The translations under genes and the position numbers were made by a program. A stretch of DNA of 64,000 bases from a virus: positions 28,554 to 92,553 of IMG/VR virus record IMGVR_UViG_3300046096_000928. One strand, written 5' to 3'. Numbering within the stretch: position 1 is the stretch's first letter; each line of letters starts with the position of its first letter. Positions 1-9,593 of the stretch are shown here, one piece after another. The notes below the pieces were generated by a model that was given only the letters and a program-made list of their open reading frames with translations, ran no database searches and was not told the origin of the DNA.

Positions 1-1
1 T

Positions 2-367
2 GACAGTATTAATACCCAATCGATCATTGCAGAAAAGGCTAAAGAATTATCGTTATTAGTAAATAAGGCTACCACTATTCTAAATGTAGATAGTGATAGC
101 CTTTTTACTAAATCAGCAGTTGAGATAAAAAAAGATGTGATTTCAAAAATTTATCCAACTCTCAATCTTGATGACAAAACCGAAGTGGCGATCGATGCAA
201 TGTTTGAAACTTGTGAATTATATAAAAATGATAGTAAGAGAATCATTGAAGAGCAAAAACAACTTATTAATAATGCCGTCACGGTAAACAATCTTGATAC
301 TCAAGATACTACCACTGAAATGACTGCGAGAATGAAATCAATCACTACCGCTTGGGAGAATAAATAA
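2..367 (+). CDS. C-terminal part of head scaffold/protease (DUF2213-like), 5'-truncated
   Basis: Frame open from base 2; helical S..EIKK.VI..LDD..IDAMFE pattern; precedes decoration and capsid genes. Confidence 0.5.
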   Translation, partial: DSINTQSIIAEKAKELSLLVNKATTILNVDSDSLFTKSAVEIKKDVISKIYPTLNLDDKTEVAIDAMFETCELYKNDSKRIIEEQKQLINNAVTVNNLDTQDTTTEMTARMKSITTAWENK

Positions 368-867
368 TGACAAGTTTATTGAGCAATTATGATTATATGT
401 CACAGCGTCCTAGACTGACTGGACAAATCAATAGCCTTAAATTATCTAGTAGAGATTCAGCCGTCAATGTTACTCAAGCTATCCCTTTCGGGTGCGTAGT
501 GAAATTTGATACTACAAACTCATTCAGTGAACCTAGCACGGGGAAAGTTGTTCTTATTCCTAATGCTACCACTGACAAAATTGCTGGAATTTCTATTCTT
601 GAGTATATCTATGAAGGGAGTGAATATCCTCTTAATTCAGCGTTTCCTTTTGCTACTCTGTGTGACGTTTTAGTATTTAGTGAAACTGCTAATACTATTG
701 GCGACCCTGTTTTCCTCCGTGTTGTCTCTGGTGCAGGTGGCACAAAAGTCGGGTATGGCTTCCGCAATGTGGCTGTATCTGGGGAAACAATTGCTTTACC
801 TAACTGTTATTGGACTGAAACCAATACAGGTACTAACGAAATATCTGAAATTCATTTTGAACGATAG
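367..867 (+). CDS. Capsid decoration/cement protein
   Basis: IPFG..V, IAGI and GDPVFLR motifs; lies between scaffold and capsid genes. Confidence 0.6.
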   Translation: MTSLLSNYDYMSQRPRLTGQINSLKLSSRDSAVNVTQAIPFGCVVKFDTTNSFSEPSTGKVVLIPNATTDKIAGISILEYIYEGSEYPLNSAFPFATLCDVLVFSETANTIGDPVFLRVVSGAGGTKVGYGFRNVAVSGETIALPNCYWTETNTGTNEISEIHFER

Positions 868-880
868 GAGTAAAAGAAAA

Positions 881-1903
881 ATGACAACTGCACAATACAC
901 AAACGGATTAGTAAAACATTATCTTGAGAATAGACAGTCTATTCATGGAAGTCTTAACTTAGATGATAATGCAATCGCCTTTTTTCAACGACAGTTAGAA
1001 AAAGATTTAGGAAAAGTCTTTGAATCCTTAAAGCCTACTTTGACAGTTGAACAGGATATAGTCACCCAAGCTGGTTTACCTTACGGGACTAAATCGGTAT
1101 TTTATACTGAAGTAGATACAAGAGGAATGGCTAGTATTATCGCTGGTGGTAGTGATGATATTAAACAAGTTAGTATGCTCGGTCAAGAAGTCTCTTATAA
1201 AAGAGCCAGATTGGCGATCGGTTATTCTTACTCTCAAGAAGAGTTAGACACCATGTTTGAAGATACTCTTTATAGAAAACCTTTAAATGTCAATGAATAC
1301 AAATTGAAAGGTTGTATTTATGCCTTAGATGATTTATCTGAAAAGTTAGGCTATTATGGGGATTCAAGTCATGGTATCGTAGGATTATTGACTGATCCAG
1401 CTTTAACTCCCGTTATTGACACCTTCAAACCTTATTTGACTACTCAGACTGCGGAGGCTTTATATAATTGGTTTGTAAGAAGTTATTACTATATCGTTCA
1501 ACAAACTAGACAAAGATTCGCCCCTAATACTTGTTTAATTCCCTTAAAATTGATGATTCGGTTACAATCGGTGCGTTCTCTTTCAGCTAACAATGAAACT
1601 GCTTGGGATATGGTCACTAATTTAATGTCACAAATGGGAGTTACTCTTATGAATAGAGAATCTCTAAGACAATCTGAATTAGAATCAAATGGAGTTACTA
1701 ATGTAGGTGACAACCAAGAGATTATGGTGTTCTATCATAAGTCTCCCGATACTATTTTCAGAATGATCAATGACATCAGAACCCAACCATTCGAGCGTAG
1801 AAATCTTAATTTTAGTACGATCATGTATTACGATGTTACAAGCACTATCATTCCCTATAAAGAAGTAGTAAGTATTATTAAATATCCTATTGCAACAACC
1901 TAA
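881..1903 (+). CDS. Major capsid protein (DUF2184-like, HK97 fold)
   Basis: DDNAIAFFQRQLE, GYSYSQEEL and GYYGD..GIVGLL motifs; AGGAG SD before ATG 881 (start moved from 680). Confidence 0.8.
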   Translation: MTTAQYTNGLVKHYLENRQSIHGSLNLDDNAIAFFQRQLEKDLGKVFESLKPTLTVEQDIVTQAGLPYGTKSVFYTEVDTRGMASIIAGGSDDIKQVSMLGQEVSYKRARLAIGYSYSQEELDTMFEDTLYRKPLNVNEYKLKGCIYALDDLSEKLGYYGDSSHGIVGLLTDPALTPVIDTFKPYLTTQTAEALYNWFVRSYYYIVQQTRQRFAPNTCLIPLKLMIRLQSVRSLSANNETAWDMVTNLMSQMGVTLMNRESLRQSELESNGVTNVGDNQEIMVFYHKSPDTIFRMINDIRTQPFERRNLNFSTIMYYDVTSTIIPYKEVVSIIKYPIATT

Positions 1904-2316
1904 TGAAAACAAAAATTGAATTTCACCCAGAAAGACTCTCGCCGCCAAGACAGGGTGGTTATGTCCTAAGAACAGAAGACTTTGAAACTCTCGCTTTGAA
2001 ACAGGGTGAGAATATTTTTGAAGTAAGTCTTGTTGATCGATTTAGAACACATCCTAGTTTTATTGAGGCTATTAAAACCAGTGCTATCGTCGTGGTTTGT
2101 GAAGAAGTAGAAGAAACTAAAGAGAAAAATATCGGTGACTTCAAAAACGTAAATGATGCAAAAAGAGCGGTCGAGAATAGCTATGATAAACTCAAATTAG
2201 AAACTTGGTTAGATCAGGAAACTAAAGGACAAAATAGAAATACTGTCATCAGTGCTATTAAAATAGCAATAGATAAAATAGAAACGGCTAAATTATCTAC
2301 TGCTTCTATTTCTTAA
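1903..2316 (+). CDS. Head-associated hypothetical protein
   Basis: Translationally coupled to capsid gene; C-terminal E..GQNR.TVI.AI motif. Confidence 0.45.
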   Translation: MKTKIEFHPERLSPPRQGGYVLRTEDFETLALKQGENIFEVSLVDRFRTHPSFIEAIKTSAIVVVCEEVEETKEKNIGDFKNVNDAKRAVENSYDKLKLETWLDQETKGQNRNTVISAIKIAIDKIETAKLSTASIS

Positions 2317-2327
2317 TCTTTTAAAAA

Positions 2328-2369
2328 AATAAAAAAAGATGATCTGTATACAGATCATCTTTTTTTATT
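2328..2369. terminator. 42-bp perfect palindrome, bidirectional terminator candidate
   Basis: AATAAAAAAAGATGATCTGTA|TACAGATCATCTTTTTTTATT between convergent genes. Confidence 0.7.
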
Positions 2370-2374
2370 GCCGA

Positions 2375-3082
2375 CTAATCTATTCTAAGAAGTTTTTTAA
2401 ATTTTTTCTTGGCATCGGCATTATCAAAAATACCGTTATTAATAAGATCAATTTGATTAAATATGGCATCAGTAAGATCAGCATGACTAAAATTAGCACC
2501 GTTAAATTCAGCATCGATAAAATCAGCTTTTTTCAATGAACAATAACTAAAATTAGTAACTTTGAGATCAGAGGATAATCCTATTTTCGATCTCAAGAAA
2601 ATAATTTTATTCAAATAAGAACCATTAAATTGGACTCCTTTTAAATTAGATTTATAAAAATCTGATTTACCTCTAAAGTAGCTACCGTAAAATAGTGAGT
2701 TTTCTAAATTGACGTTCTCAAACTCGCTATTTTCAGTTTTCAATCGATTAAAGATAGAACCACTTAAAACAGAATCGGTAAAACTCACTAAATCCCAATT
2801 ACTATCAGTTGCATTTATTCCTGCTAAATGGCAACCTTCAAAGAATACATTCGCCATTTGTGAATCAGCTAAATTACTCCCACGAAAACTACAATTTCTA
2901 AATAGACAATCACAAAAAGTAGCTTTGCTCAAATCTACATCTTCAAAAAAGCAGTCCTCTATTTGAGAACGATCTATTCTAAGCCCAGTCAAATCTTCCC
3001 CACTAAGAATCAAGTCTTTTAAATCTTCTTTCGATACCTTTGTAAATGACTTATATTCTGCTAAAAATTCTTCTCTATTCAT
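2375..3082 (-). CDS. Pentapeptide repeat protein
   Basis: A(D/N)L/F-xx pentapeptide periodicity (ADFID AEFNG ANFSH ADLTD). Confidence 0.9.
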   Translation of the reverse strand: MNREEFLAEYKSFTKVSKEDLKDLILSGEDLTGLRIDRSQIEDCFFEDVDLSKATFCDCLFRNCSFRGSNLADSQMANVFFEGCHLAGINATDSNWDLVSFTDSVLSGSIFNRLKTENSEFENVNLENSLFYGSYFRGKSDFYKSNLKGVQFNGSYLNKIIFLRSKIGLSSDLKVTNFSYCSLKKADFIDAEFNGANFSHADLTDAIFNQIDLINNGIFDNADAKKKFKKLLRID

Positions 3083-3408
3083 TTTTTTTTACTCCTATTT
3101 TCATTTATTAAATCTAATTCAACCTGTATAGCTGGAATCAAAACAATCAACTGATTTTTTAGGCTTTTTCTTCTTAAGGAATTAGCTAAATAAAAGTCAT
3201 CGGGATGGGTATAATTTTCTATTCCAAACTCTCTCAAATATTCTTCGGCTTCCTTATCATTCACAAAATCAAAACTATGTAAAAAAGGAAACAACCCATC
3301 TATTACAGATTTTGCTTGTATAAAAGCTAATAAGGGCTCTATATACGATGCTTCTAAAGGAATCACCGACTGAACTATCTCAACTATTTTCTGTTTATAT
3401 TTATTCAT
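3079..3408 (-). CDS. Hypothetical protein
   Basis: 109-aa ORF coupled to downstream gene. Confidence 0.5.
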   Translation of the reverse strand: MNKYKQKIVEIVQSVIPLEASYIEPLLAFIQAKSVIDGLFPFLHSFDFVNDKEAEEYLREFGIENYTHPDDFYLANSLRRKSLKNQLIVLIPAIQVELDLINENRSKKK

Positions 3409-3621
3409 TTTTCAATCCAAACAATATTCTACTGTTTTTACATTAGTTAATACTTTTGTTTCCCAAAACTTCTTACATTTTTCTTCTCGTAAGTCATCGT
3501 AGGTCAAAGACAATATTTTATCATCTTTGAAAATATCAACACCATCTCTAAATATCTGTAGTTTAAACATATCTCTTTTTATCAAGTACACTTTTGATTA
3601 TACAGAAATATCTTAAGAGTG

Positions 3622-3918
3622 TTAATCTATTTTAATGATCTTTATTTCTACTACGGGGTAAATTTCTATTATATCTACTCCTAACGCAATGGCGATAAGG
3701 TTTAGGTTATCTTTAGCTATCGTCGGCACTAATCCTGTTTCTATTTTCTCTAACAAGCCATTACTAATGCCTGTTAAGTCTGCTAATCCTTTTCTAGTTA
3801 CATTTCTAGTTTTTCTTAAGTTACTTAAATTCACTCCTAACGATTTATCCCATCTTAAAAAAATAGCGTTTTCTAAATGTACGGTAATCATAACATTATA
3901 TTTAATTATTTTCTGCAT
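3622..3918 (-). CDS. XRE-family HTH regulator
   Basis: LRKTRNVTRKGLADLTGIS..LEKIETG; paralog of 19014..19319. Confidence 0.8.
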   Translation of the reverse strand: MQKIIKYNVMITVHLENAIFLRWDKSLGVNLSNLRKTRNVTRKGLADLTGISNGLLEKIETGLVPTIAKDNLNLIAIALGVDIIEIYPVVEIKIIKID

Positions 3919-3964
3919 TTTAGTTTAACATAGTTTTATAAACAATTTCATTTTAAGGAAAAGA

Positions 3965-5008
3965 ATGGATTTACAATTAGGATTTTTGGCAGAGGAAAAT
4001 GAAATCATAGAGACTGAGGTTAAAGTAGAAAAAATAGAACAGCTCGTATTAACTCAAGGAATAATTGAACCTAGAAAAGCAAAAGAAGATAGTACAGCTT
4101 TAAATTATTGGAAGTCATGGAAGCCTAAAGATAGAAGTAAGTTAGGGAAAGCTGATCACACTTACAAATTAACTCATGGTTGGTTAATGCCTTATTTAGT
4201 TGGCATTGACGAGTTCACAAATAAACGTTGGGAATATTGGGCAAAAGTACAAAGATTATCGCCCGTTGCCTATTATGAATATTTAACTAAAGGTGTAACT
4301 GATAAGTTTGTAGCGGAAGCTATACACTGTCACGATTACCCTGAAATAAGTTTTTCTGAAGATACTACTACTTTAAATTATCTTAATTCTGTTATTGATT
4401 TAATTTGTGGCGATCGCTCAATTAGCGGAATAGATGCTTTTGAATTTCTATTAGATTGGTTATTATTTGGGTTCGGGCATGAAGATTTTACAGAATTACC
4501 AGAATCCCCTTCTCGTGACAAGGCAATAAATAAGAAACTGTATGAATATTTTGATTTATTCCCTTTGTTAATAAATCCTTATGATTATTTTGGGCTTATG
4601 TTACCTGAGTTATTTAATCAAGGGCGTAATCAAAAAGTTGGTTTTTTCCCAACTCCTATGACTATCTGTATCGCTATGACTGAAATGATTAGCGGGAATG
4701 ATAAACCTACTATTCAAAGATTTCAAGAATCGTCAGCTGGTACTGGAAGTCTTGTTTTAGCATGGTCAAAAAAAGGATTATGTGCAAGTATCACAGAATT
4801 ATCTAATACTTGCACTAAGGCTATTTTGGTTAATTGTTATCTTTACGCCCCACAATACGCACGTCCTTTATTTTATTTAGCAGAACAAAGTACTTTTATT
4901 TGTGGGAATGCTCTCAGTAATGAGATATTCCACGATTACCACGCTAAATATAAAAAAATAATTGCTGATGATTTCCGAAATCATTTTGCTGTTTTAACTA
5001 AAAAATAA
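3965..5008 (+). CDS. N6 DNA methyltransferase-like protein with degenerate motifs
   Basis: GFFPTP followed by ESSAGTGSLVL (motif I-like); no (D/N)PP(Y/F) seen. Confidence 0.5.
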   Translation: MDLQLGFLAEENEIIETEVKVEKIEQLVLTQGIIEPRKAKEDSTALNYWKSWKPKDRSKLGKADHTYKLTHGWLMPYLVGIDEFTNKRWEYWAKVQRLSPVAYYEYLTKGVTDKFVAEAIHCHDYPEISFSEDTTTLNYLNSVIDLICGDRSISGIDAFEFLLDWLLFGFGHEDFTELPESPSRDKAINKKLYEYFDLFPLLINPYDYFGLMLPELFNQGRNQKVGFFPTPMTICIAMTEMISGNDKPTIQRFQESSAGTGSLVLAWSKKGLCASITELSNTCTKAILVNCYLYAPQYARPLFYLAEQSTFICGNALSNEIFHDYHAKYKKIIADDFRNHFAVLTKK

Positions 5009-5428
5009 ATCAAGCTCTGCTTTTCTACGACGGTCAAGTCCTGCGGAGGGCTTCCCGTTTATTTTATTCCACCTTTTTAATTCTGTCTCAGCACTTTGAT
5101 AATCTTTTCGATTTATTTTTTTTCGAAGAGTTGATTCTTTAAAAGCATTTAGTCCTACATTAAAAGCAAAACTTGTTAAAGCTCCTAATTGTTGTTTAGT
5201 TAACGGCACTGTTACCAAATCCTCTATTTGTTTTGATAACTTTTCTAACTCAAGATAAAGCATCCCTTCCGCTTTCACTCTATTCATAGTGTCACTCATT
5301 TTTACTGATTTCCCATTTACTCTTGTAAACCCATAACCAATCGTAGGCACTCCCGCAGGACATAAATATGCCTTCTCCCTAAAACTTTCAAACTCCTTCA
5401 CTAAATCAAATGCTTTTTTCTCTATCAT
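4994..5428 (-). CDS. Phage lysozyme (GH24 endolysin)
   Basis: FES..AYLCPAGVPTIGYG, ALTSFAFNVG and GL.RRR.AE motifs. Confidence 0.92.
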   Translation of the reverse strand: MIEKKAFDLVKEFESFREKAYLCPAGVPTIGYGFTRVNGKSVKMSDTMNRVKAEGMLYLELEKLSKQIEDLVTVPLTKQQLGALTSFAFNVGLNAFKESTLRKKINRKDYQSAETELKRWNKINGKPSAGLDRRRKAELDLFFS

Positions 5429-5486
5429 TTTTAATACTAATTGTAGTAAGGCATATTACAATTCTATTTTACATCTATTTTCCATA

Positions 5487-5735
5487 GGCTTTTTTCTATG
5501 CTTATTGTATTTACGATAGAGAAAAGCCAATTGACGAGTTCCTATCAACAGGTTACCTGATATTAGGTTTCCTGTTATTAGGTTACCTGTTAACAGGTTT
5601 TCGATATACATAATTAAGATCAATAAACTCATAATTAAAAAAATAAAGATCAAGTTAATTATGCAAAAAATTTATTTTTTCTTTTTTTCTGTTTAAGAAA
5701 AGAAGCCATTGAAAAATAACTAATTATTCTCTGTA
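5487..5735 (-). repeat. Origin-like module copy A (hairpin, AT/GATC segment, 4 x 15-bp repeats, hairpin)
   Basis: CCT-N6-AGG cores at 5541, 5556, 5571 and 5586; near-identical inverted copy at 43771-44022. Confidence 0.8.
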
Positions 5736-5845
5736 TTGCTGATTATTTAGCTAAATAAGGCTAATGAGGTAAGTAAAGGATTAATCATACTTAAAGAAAC
5801 TTTAAAAGAGTAAAATAATGAAATAAAGCAATGATCAAATAAAGA

Positions 5846-6123
5846 ATGAGAAAAGAGCAAAGACATCCGTTAGCACATATTGACAGGCAAATAGTCAAAA
5901 GTTTTTTTGTGGAAGGAATGAGTGATTTCAATTTGACTGAATTAGCTCGGTTAAAAATCCATCACTATAATTTTTCAGGTGCAACCGATATACGATTCGA
6001 TCTCGATAGCATTATGAATCAATGGGAATTAACTGAAGATTAACTTTACGAAAAAACTAAAGTAATTTATGCGAAAGAGATTTTTCTAATTTCGATTCTG
6101 AGAGTGAAGAAGATTGGAGTTAA
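5846..6123 (+). pseudogene. Cyanobacterial DUF3288 family gene, disrupted
   Basis: QxHP..DRQIV..NL.ELARL.I..F.GA.DI..DL...W.LTE motif; premature TAA at 6041, homology continues LYEKTK and then EEDWS in another frame. Confidence 0.7.
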
Positions 6124-6237
6124 TAAAAAACCTCCTCTGATCGGGAGGTAAAATAATTTAATTAATAGGTTATAATGGAAACAACAAAACCCGACACAGC
6201 TCTGCTAAGTATCTGCAAAGAATCGGGTTACTCAATT

Positions 6238-6960
6238 TTAGGCTTTGGCTAGTGCACCGTATTTTTTATCTAAATAAACTGGCATTTTAAGGGGGACATA
6301 TATTGTCTCCAAACATTGTGCAAAATATCCTAATTCACAGAAGTCATAGGCTTTTATAACCCGTGTCCCACGATGATTGTCAAGATGATAGATAGCCGTA
6401 CTACTTTCAACTGCCCATTCTTTACTACTGCGATACGAACTCCAATGAATACCAACCGACCCATCGAGTAAATCAAATATATCTATTGGATAACCTAGCT
6501 TTTCTACTCGCAACATCAAATAGTTTGCTTTTTCTGCGATGCACCAAGTATTAGGTTGCTTAACTAGATTTTTCTCTAAATCCATAATGCGATCTGAGTA
6601 AACGGTAATTGCTTTTTTAGGTTGCTCAACTGAATAACTACCAGTTTGTCTAATACTTGGTAAGATTTCCTCAAATACCCATTTTTGAAATTGTTTAGCT
6701 GTTTCTAAACGAGATTTAAAGATTAGTTGATAAATACCAGCCTCTTTAGTAATTATCAATACCTTCTCAATTCTTGGCTTGTTTTCCCCATATCTGATGG
6801 TGGGCATTTGATGTAATGTCAAATAATCTGGATCGATTAAGTCTTTTATCGCTGTTTTGGGAGTAGCATAACCTAATGCTTTTGCTACATCGATCGCCAC
6901 TGGATTACCATCTACAAAACGAATATCTTGACTATCAAACTGAAATCGTGTTAAATTCAT
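6238..6960 (-). CDS. Bro-N domain antirepressor-like protein
   Basis: VAIDVAKALGY, EAGIYQLIFKSR..AKQFQKWVFEEILPSIRQTGSY. Confidence 0.88.
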   Translation of the reverse strand: MNLTRFQFDSQDIRFVDGNPVAIDVAKALGYATPKTAIKDLIDPDYLTLHQMPTIRYGENKPRIEKVLIITKEAGIYQLIFKSRLETAKQFQKWVFEEILPSIRQTGSYSVEQPKKAITVYSDRIMDLEKNLVKQPNTWCIAEKANYLMLRVEKLGYPIDIFDLLDGSVGIHWSSYRSSKEWAVESSTAIYHLDNHRGTRVIKAYDFCELGYFAQCLETIYVPLKMPVYLDKKYGALAKA

Positions 6961-7050
6961 ATTAACTCCTAGTTGCTTAACTACTTTTAGGGGTTACGGA
7001 ATGATATACAGCAATTCATAATTAACAGTTATGGGTTGCTTTTCCGTTTC
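6961..7050 (-). promoter_or_regulatory. Structured 5' leader, type A copy 1
   Basis: ACGGAA/TTCCGT outer stem, AGCAA-CC-CATAA/TTATG-AA-TTGCT inner stem, then CCTA...TAGGAG. Confidence 0.65.
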
Positions 7051-7109
7051 TATAACTATTTATATATAAGTCTTTGAAGATTTTAAATCTACTTAATTAG
7101 TCTGTAATT

Positions 7110-8397
7110 CTAACTGTTCAATTTTATTTTGGTTGCTGATATTCTTTGATTAATTATGTTTAAATATTCTTCTTCTTTTTCGATTAGAACATAATTAAAA
7201 CCTGTTTCTATTGCACTTACTGCCGTTGTACCACTGCCTCCAAAAGGATCAAGTACAATTCCATTAGGGGGAGTAATTAACTCGATGAAATATGCCATTA
7301 AATGCCGTGATTTAACTGTCGGATGATCATTATTGACTAATCCTTTACAATTCCTATCAGTTGTGGATGCTTTGGCTTTGTAGTATATGCTATTGACTGT
7401 ATCTGTATCAAAAGGTAAGTTTTTAAAATATCTCGCCGCCGTTCCTTTATCCTCAAAATAAACACCGCTTTTATACGGATTACTTTTAAATTTTACTGAA
7501 TTATCCTTCGTGTATGTATCGTAATTATAGTCACTTGCTCTACTGACAGATTCCCCACTTTGATCGCCAATAACATTAACAGGACAATCTTTAGCGTGAT
7601 TATTTTCTTGGCAGTTAATACCACATGATAAAATTAAATTAGCTGGATAAAGACCGATGTTAGGATTGTGACCATCTTCTGATCCTGTTTCTTTTCCTAG
7701 CCCACTGTGATAAATATTAGTCTTCTCTTTTTTTTGAAAAACCACAAGGCACTCTTTTATTAGTACCAATCCTACCTGCATCAATATTTAATCCGCCCGT
7801 ACCGTGTTTAAGAATATTTCTAACAATACTAGATTCTGAACATTTTTTCTGCCCCAACCACCAACCTTCGATCGCAGGTTTCAACGCAGGAGTTTTCCAA
7901 CCATCCCATCGCTTTGCTAATTCACTTGATGATTTTGTGATTTTAGGGTTATCTTGCCATGAACCACCAAGTGCATTCGTACCATCCTTACATCCCCTTG
8001 CGGATGTAAGGATGCCTATAACCTCTCTTTCTTCTCCTAACATCCGATCAATCTGCTTACTCACATCTTGCCCTTTTTGAAATCCGCCGCCATTTGCATG
8101 GTGTACAATGTCAATAATTCTAAAACCAGCTAATTCTAAAGCCATACCAGTCCAGTGAGAGGTTCTAGGAATACTCCATACTAAACCAATTGCACCAGGC
8201 TTCATGGTACGCATGGCTTCGTTCATTACCTCTGATAACCAATTAATCCAATTAAGCATACCACCCTTGTTATCATCCCATTTCATGGACATAAAGCTGA
8301 TCGAAGAAGGTGGATCAGTAATTAAAGAATCAAAATAATTATCGGGGAATGTTTTTAATACTTTTAAACAATCACCATGCAAAACTTGGTTAATCAT
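7110..8397 (-). pseudogene. N4/N6 DNA methyltransferase split by a 1-nt frameshift in an A8 tract
   Basis: TDPPS in upstream ORF, HPTVK and LDPFGGSGTT in downstream ORF; A8 to A7 at 7728-7735 fuses them. Confidence 0.8.
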
Positions 8398-8534
8398 AGA
8401 TAAAAAACAATTTTAATACTCTTGTAATACAATAGATTACAAGAGTATTAAAATTGTGAGAATTAGGTTAGGCTATTCTACTGTTTGAGAATATTTAATT
8501 TGCCCGACAGGATCAGAATTATAAAAAAGATCAA

Positions 8535-8780
8535 TCAGAATAGTAGTTTTTTTTTTGTTTTGATTGGTTGCACTTTAAAGGAGATCATTGATTTATTAGA
8601 AGCTGTTTTTGTATTATTCCCTTTTATTAGGAAATCTGAAGATGATATAGAAACTTTGAATATATCTTGCATCTTACAAAATAATTCAATCTTCAAAACA
8701 TATAATTTATCTTTCTGTATAGGGGATAAATACCAATCTTCCCCATCTTCTCTTAATAATAATTCTATATTTTTTATCAT
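8535..8780 (-). CDS. Hypothetical protein
   Basis: 81-aa ORF in minus-strand operon. Confidence 0.45.
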   Translation of the reverse strand: MIKNIELLLREDGEDWYLSPIQKDKLYVLKIELFCKMQDIFKVSISSSDFLIKGNNTKTASNKSMISFKVQPIKTKKKLLF

Positions 8781-8806
8781 AGTTGTGTAGTTGTTTTTAA
8801 GTTAGG

Positions 8807-9507
8807 TTAAAGTGATTTTTCTATTAGTTGCCAAATATTTTTATGAACATAAATAGCCCGTTGTTTGCATTCAAGAAGTAAATTTTTAACGTAAGGATTT
8901 TTAGAGTCAAAATAATAAGCGGCGATCATAGTTAGAAAATTATCGGTTTTCATCTTTAACATCTCAACAAGAAATAGGAAAATATTAAAGTAACGAGGAT
9001 CATCGATATGATCTAAAACTGATTTTTCGATAAGATCATTTTCATAGATATATTTAGCAGTGAGAAATTCTTGTAAAAAGACATGAGAGAAAAAATAAAC
9101 ATCATCTTCTTTAGACAAGATTCCTTGCTCACAAAAAGTCTTTACTAATTCTATCACGTCAATATCGGACATCCCGAGGCAATCATCAATATAACCTTGA
9201 GCAGTCAATAATAATTTATATTCTTTAAAAGTTGCTTATTAGTAGAGAAAAATTTATAAGCAACTTTTGAAAGTAAAGCAAACTCTCTTTCAAATTCTGG
9301 ATAGCAACGATCCCCGTCTAAAAGTACTTTAAATATATCTTCATAAGTACGTGTCAAAGAAGAAGATGTTGTCAATCCATCGTAGGGATTTTTAGCTTCT
9401 CTGAATATAGGATTATCAGCTAAATGTTTTAATGAGTATCTGTCTAAACTTTTTAGAAATTGTGCAATGTCTTTTTTGATTTCTTTCTCTTTTAACAAAT
9501 TTTTCAT
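8807..9507 (-). pseudogene. NACHT-type C-terminal (HD1/winged-helix) fragment lacking the NTPase domain, split in two frames
   Basis: LA.NP, LLSKVAY..F, GIL...VYFFSH..LQEFLTA.YI and DPRY..IFL motifs; frames joined by -1 shift at 9223-9229. Confidence 0.6.
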
Positions 9508-9535
9508 TTTTTCTGTTAGTTGTATGTTTTATAAA

Positions 9536-9571
9536 ATAAGTTGGTAATACAATATTGTATTACCAACTTAT
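9536..9571. repeat. 36-bp perfect palindrome
   Basis: ATAAGTTGGTAATACAAT|ATTGTATTACCAACTTAT. Confidence 0.85.
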
Positions 9572-9593
9572 AAAGATTAGGTTAGGGTAGCAA

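Noticed and set aside
680-880. N-terminal signal-like extension on the capsid ORF
   Set aside because: Overlaps the decoration gene; SD-supported start is at 881
5541-5597. CRISPR-like array
   Set aside because: Repeats are contiguous 15-mers without unique spacers and no cas genes are present
5456-5653. ORFs with NLLTG/NLISG pentapeptides (also 43803..44009, 43772..43957, 24080..24292)
   Set aside because: By-product of the 15-bp DNA repeats; frames are not conserved across the four copies and no SD is evident
6187-6229. Possible sRNA hairpin AACCCGA...TCGGGTT
   Set aside because: Explained as the intrinsic terminator of the minus-strand Bro-N gene
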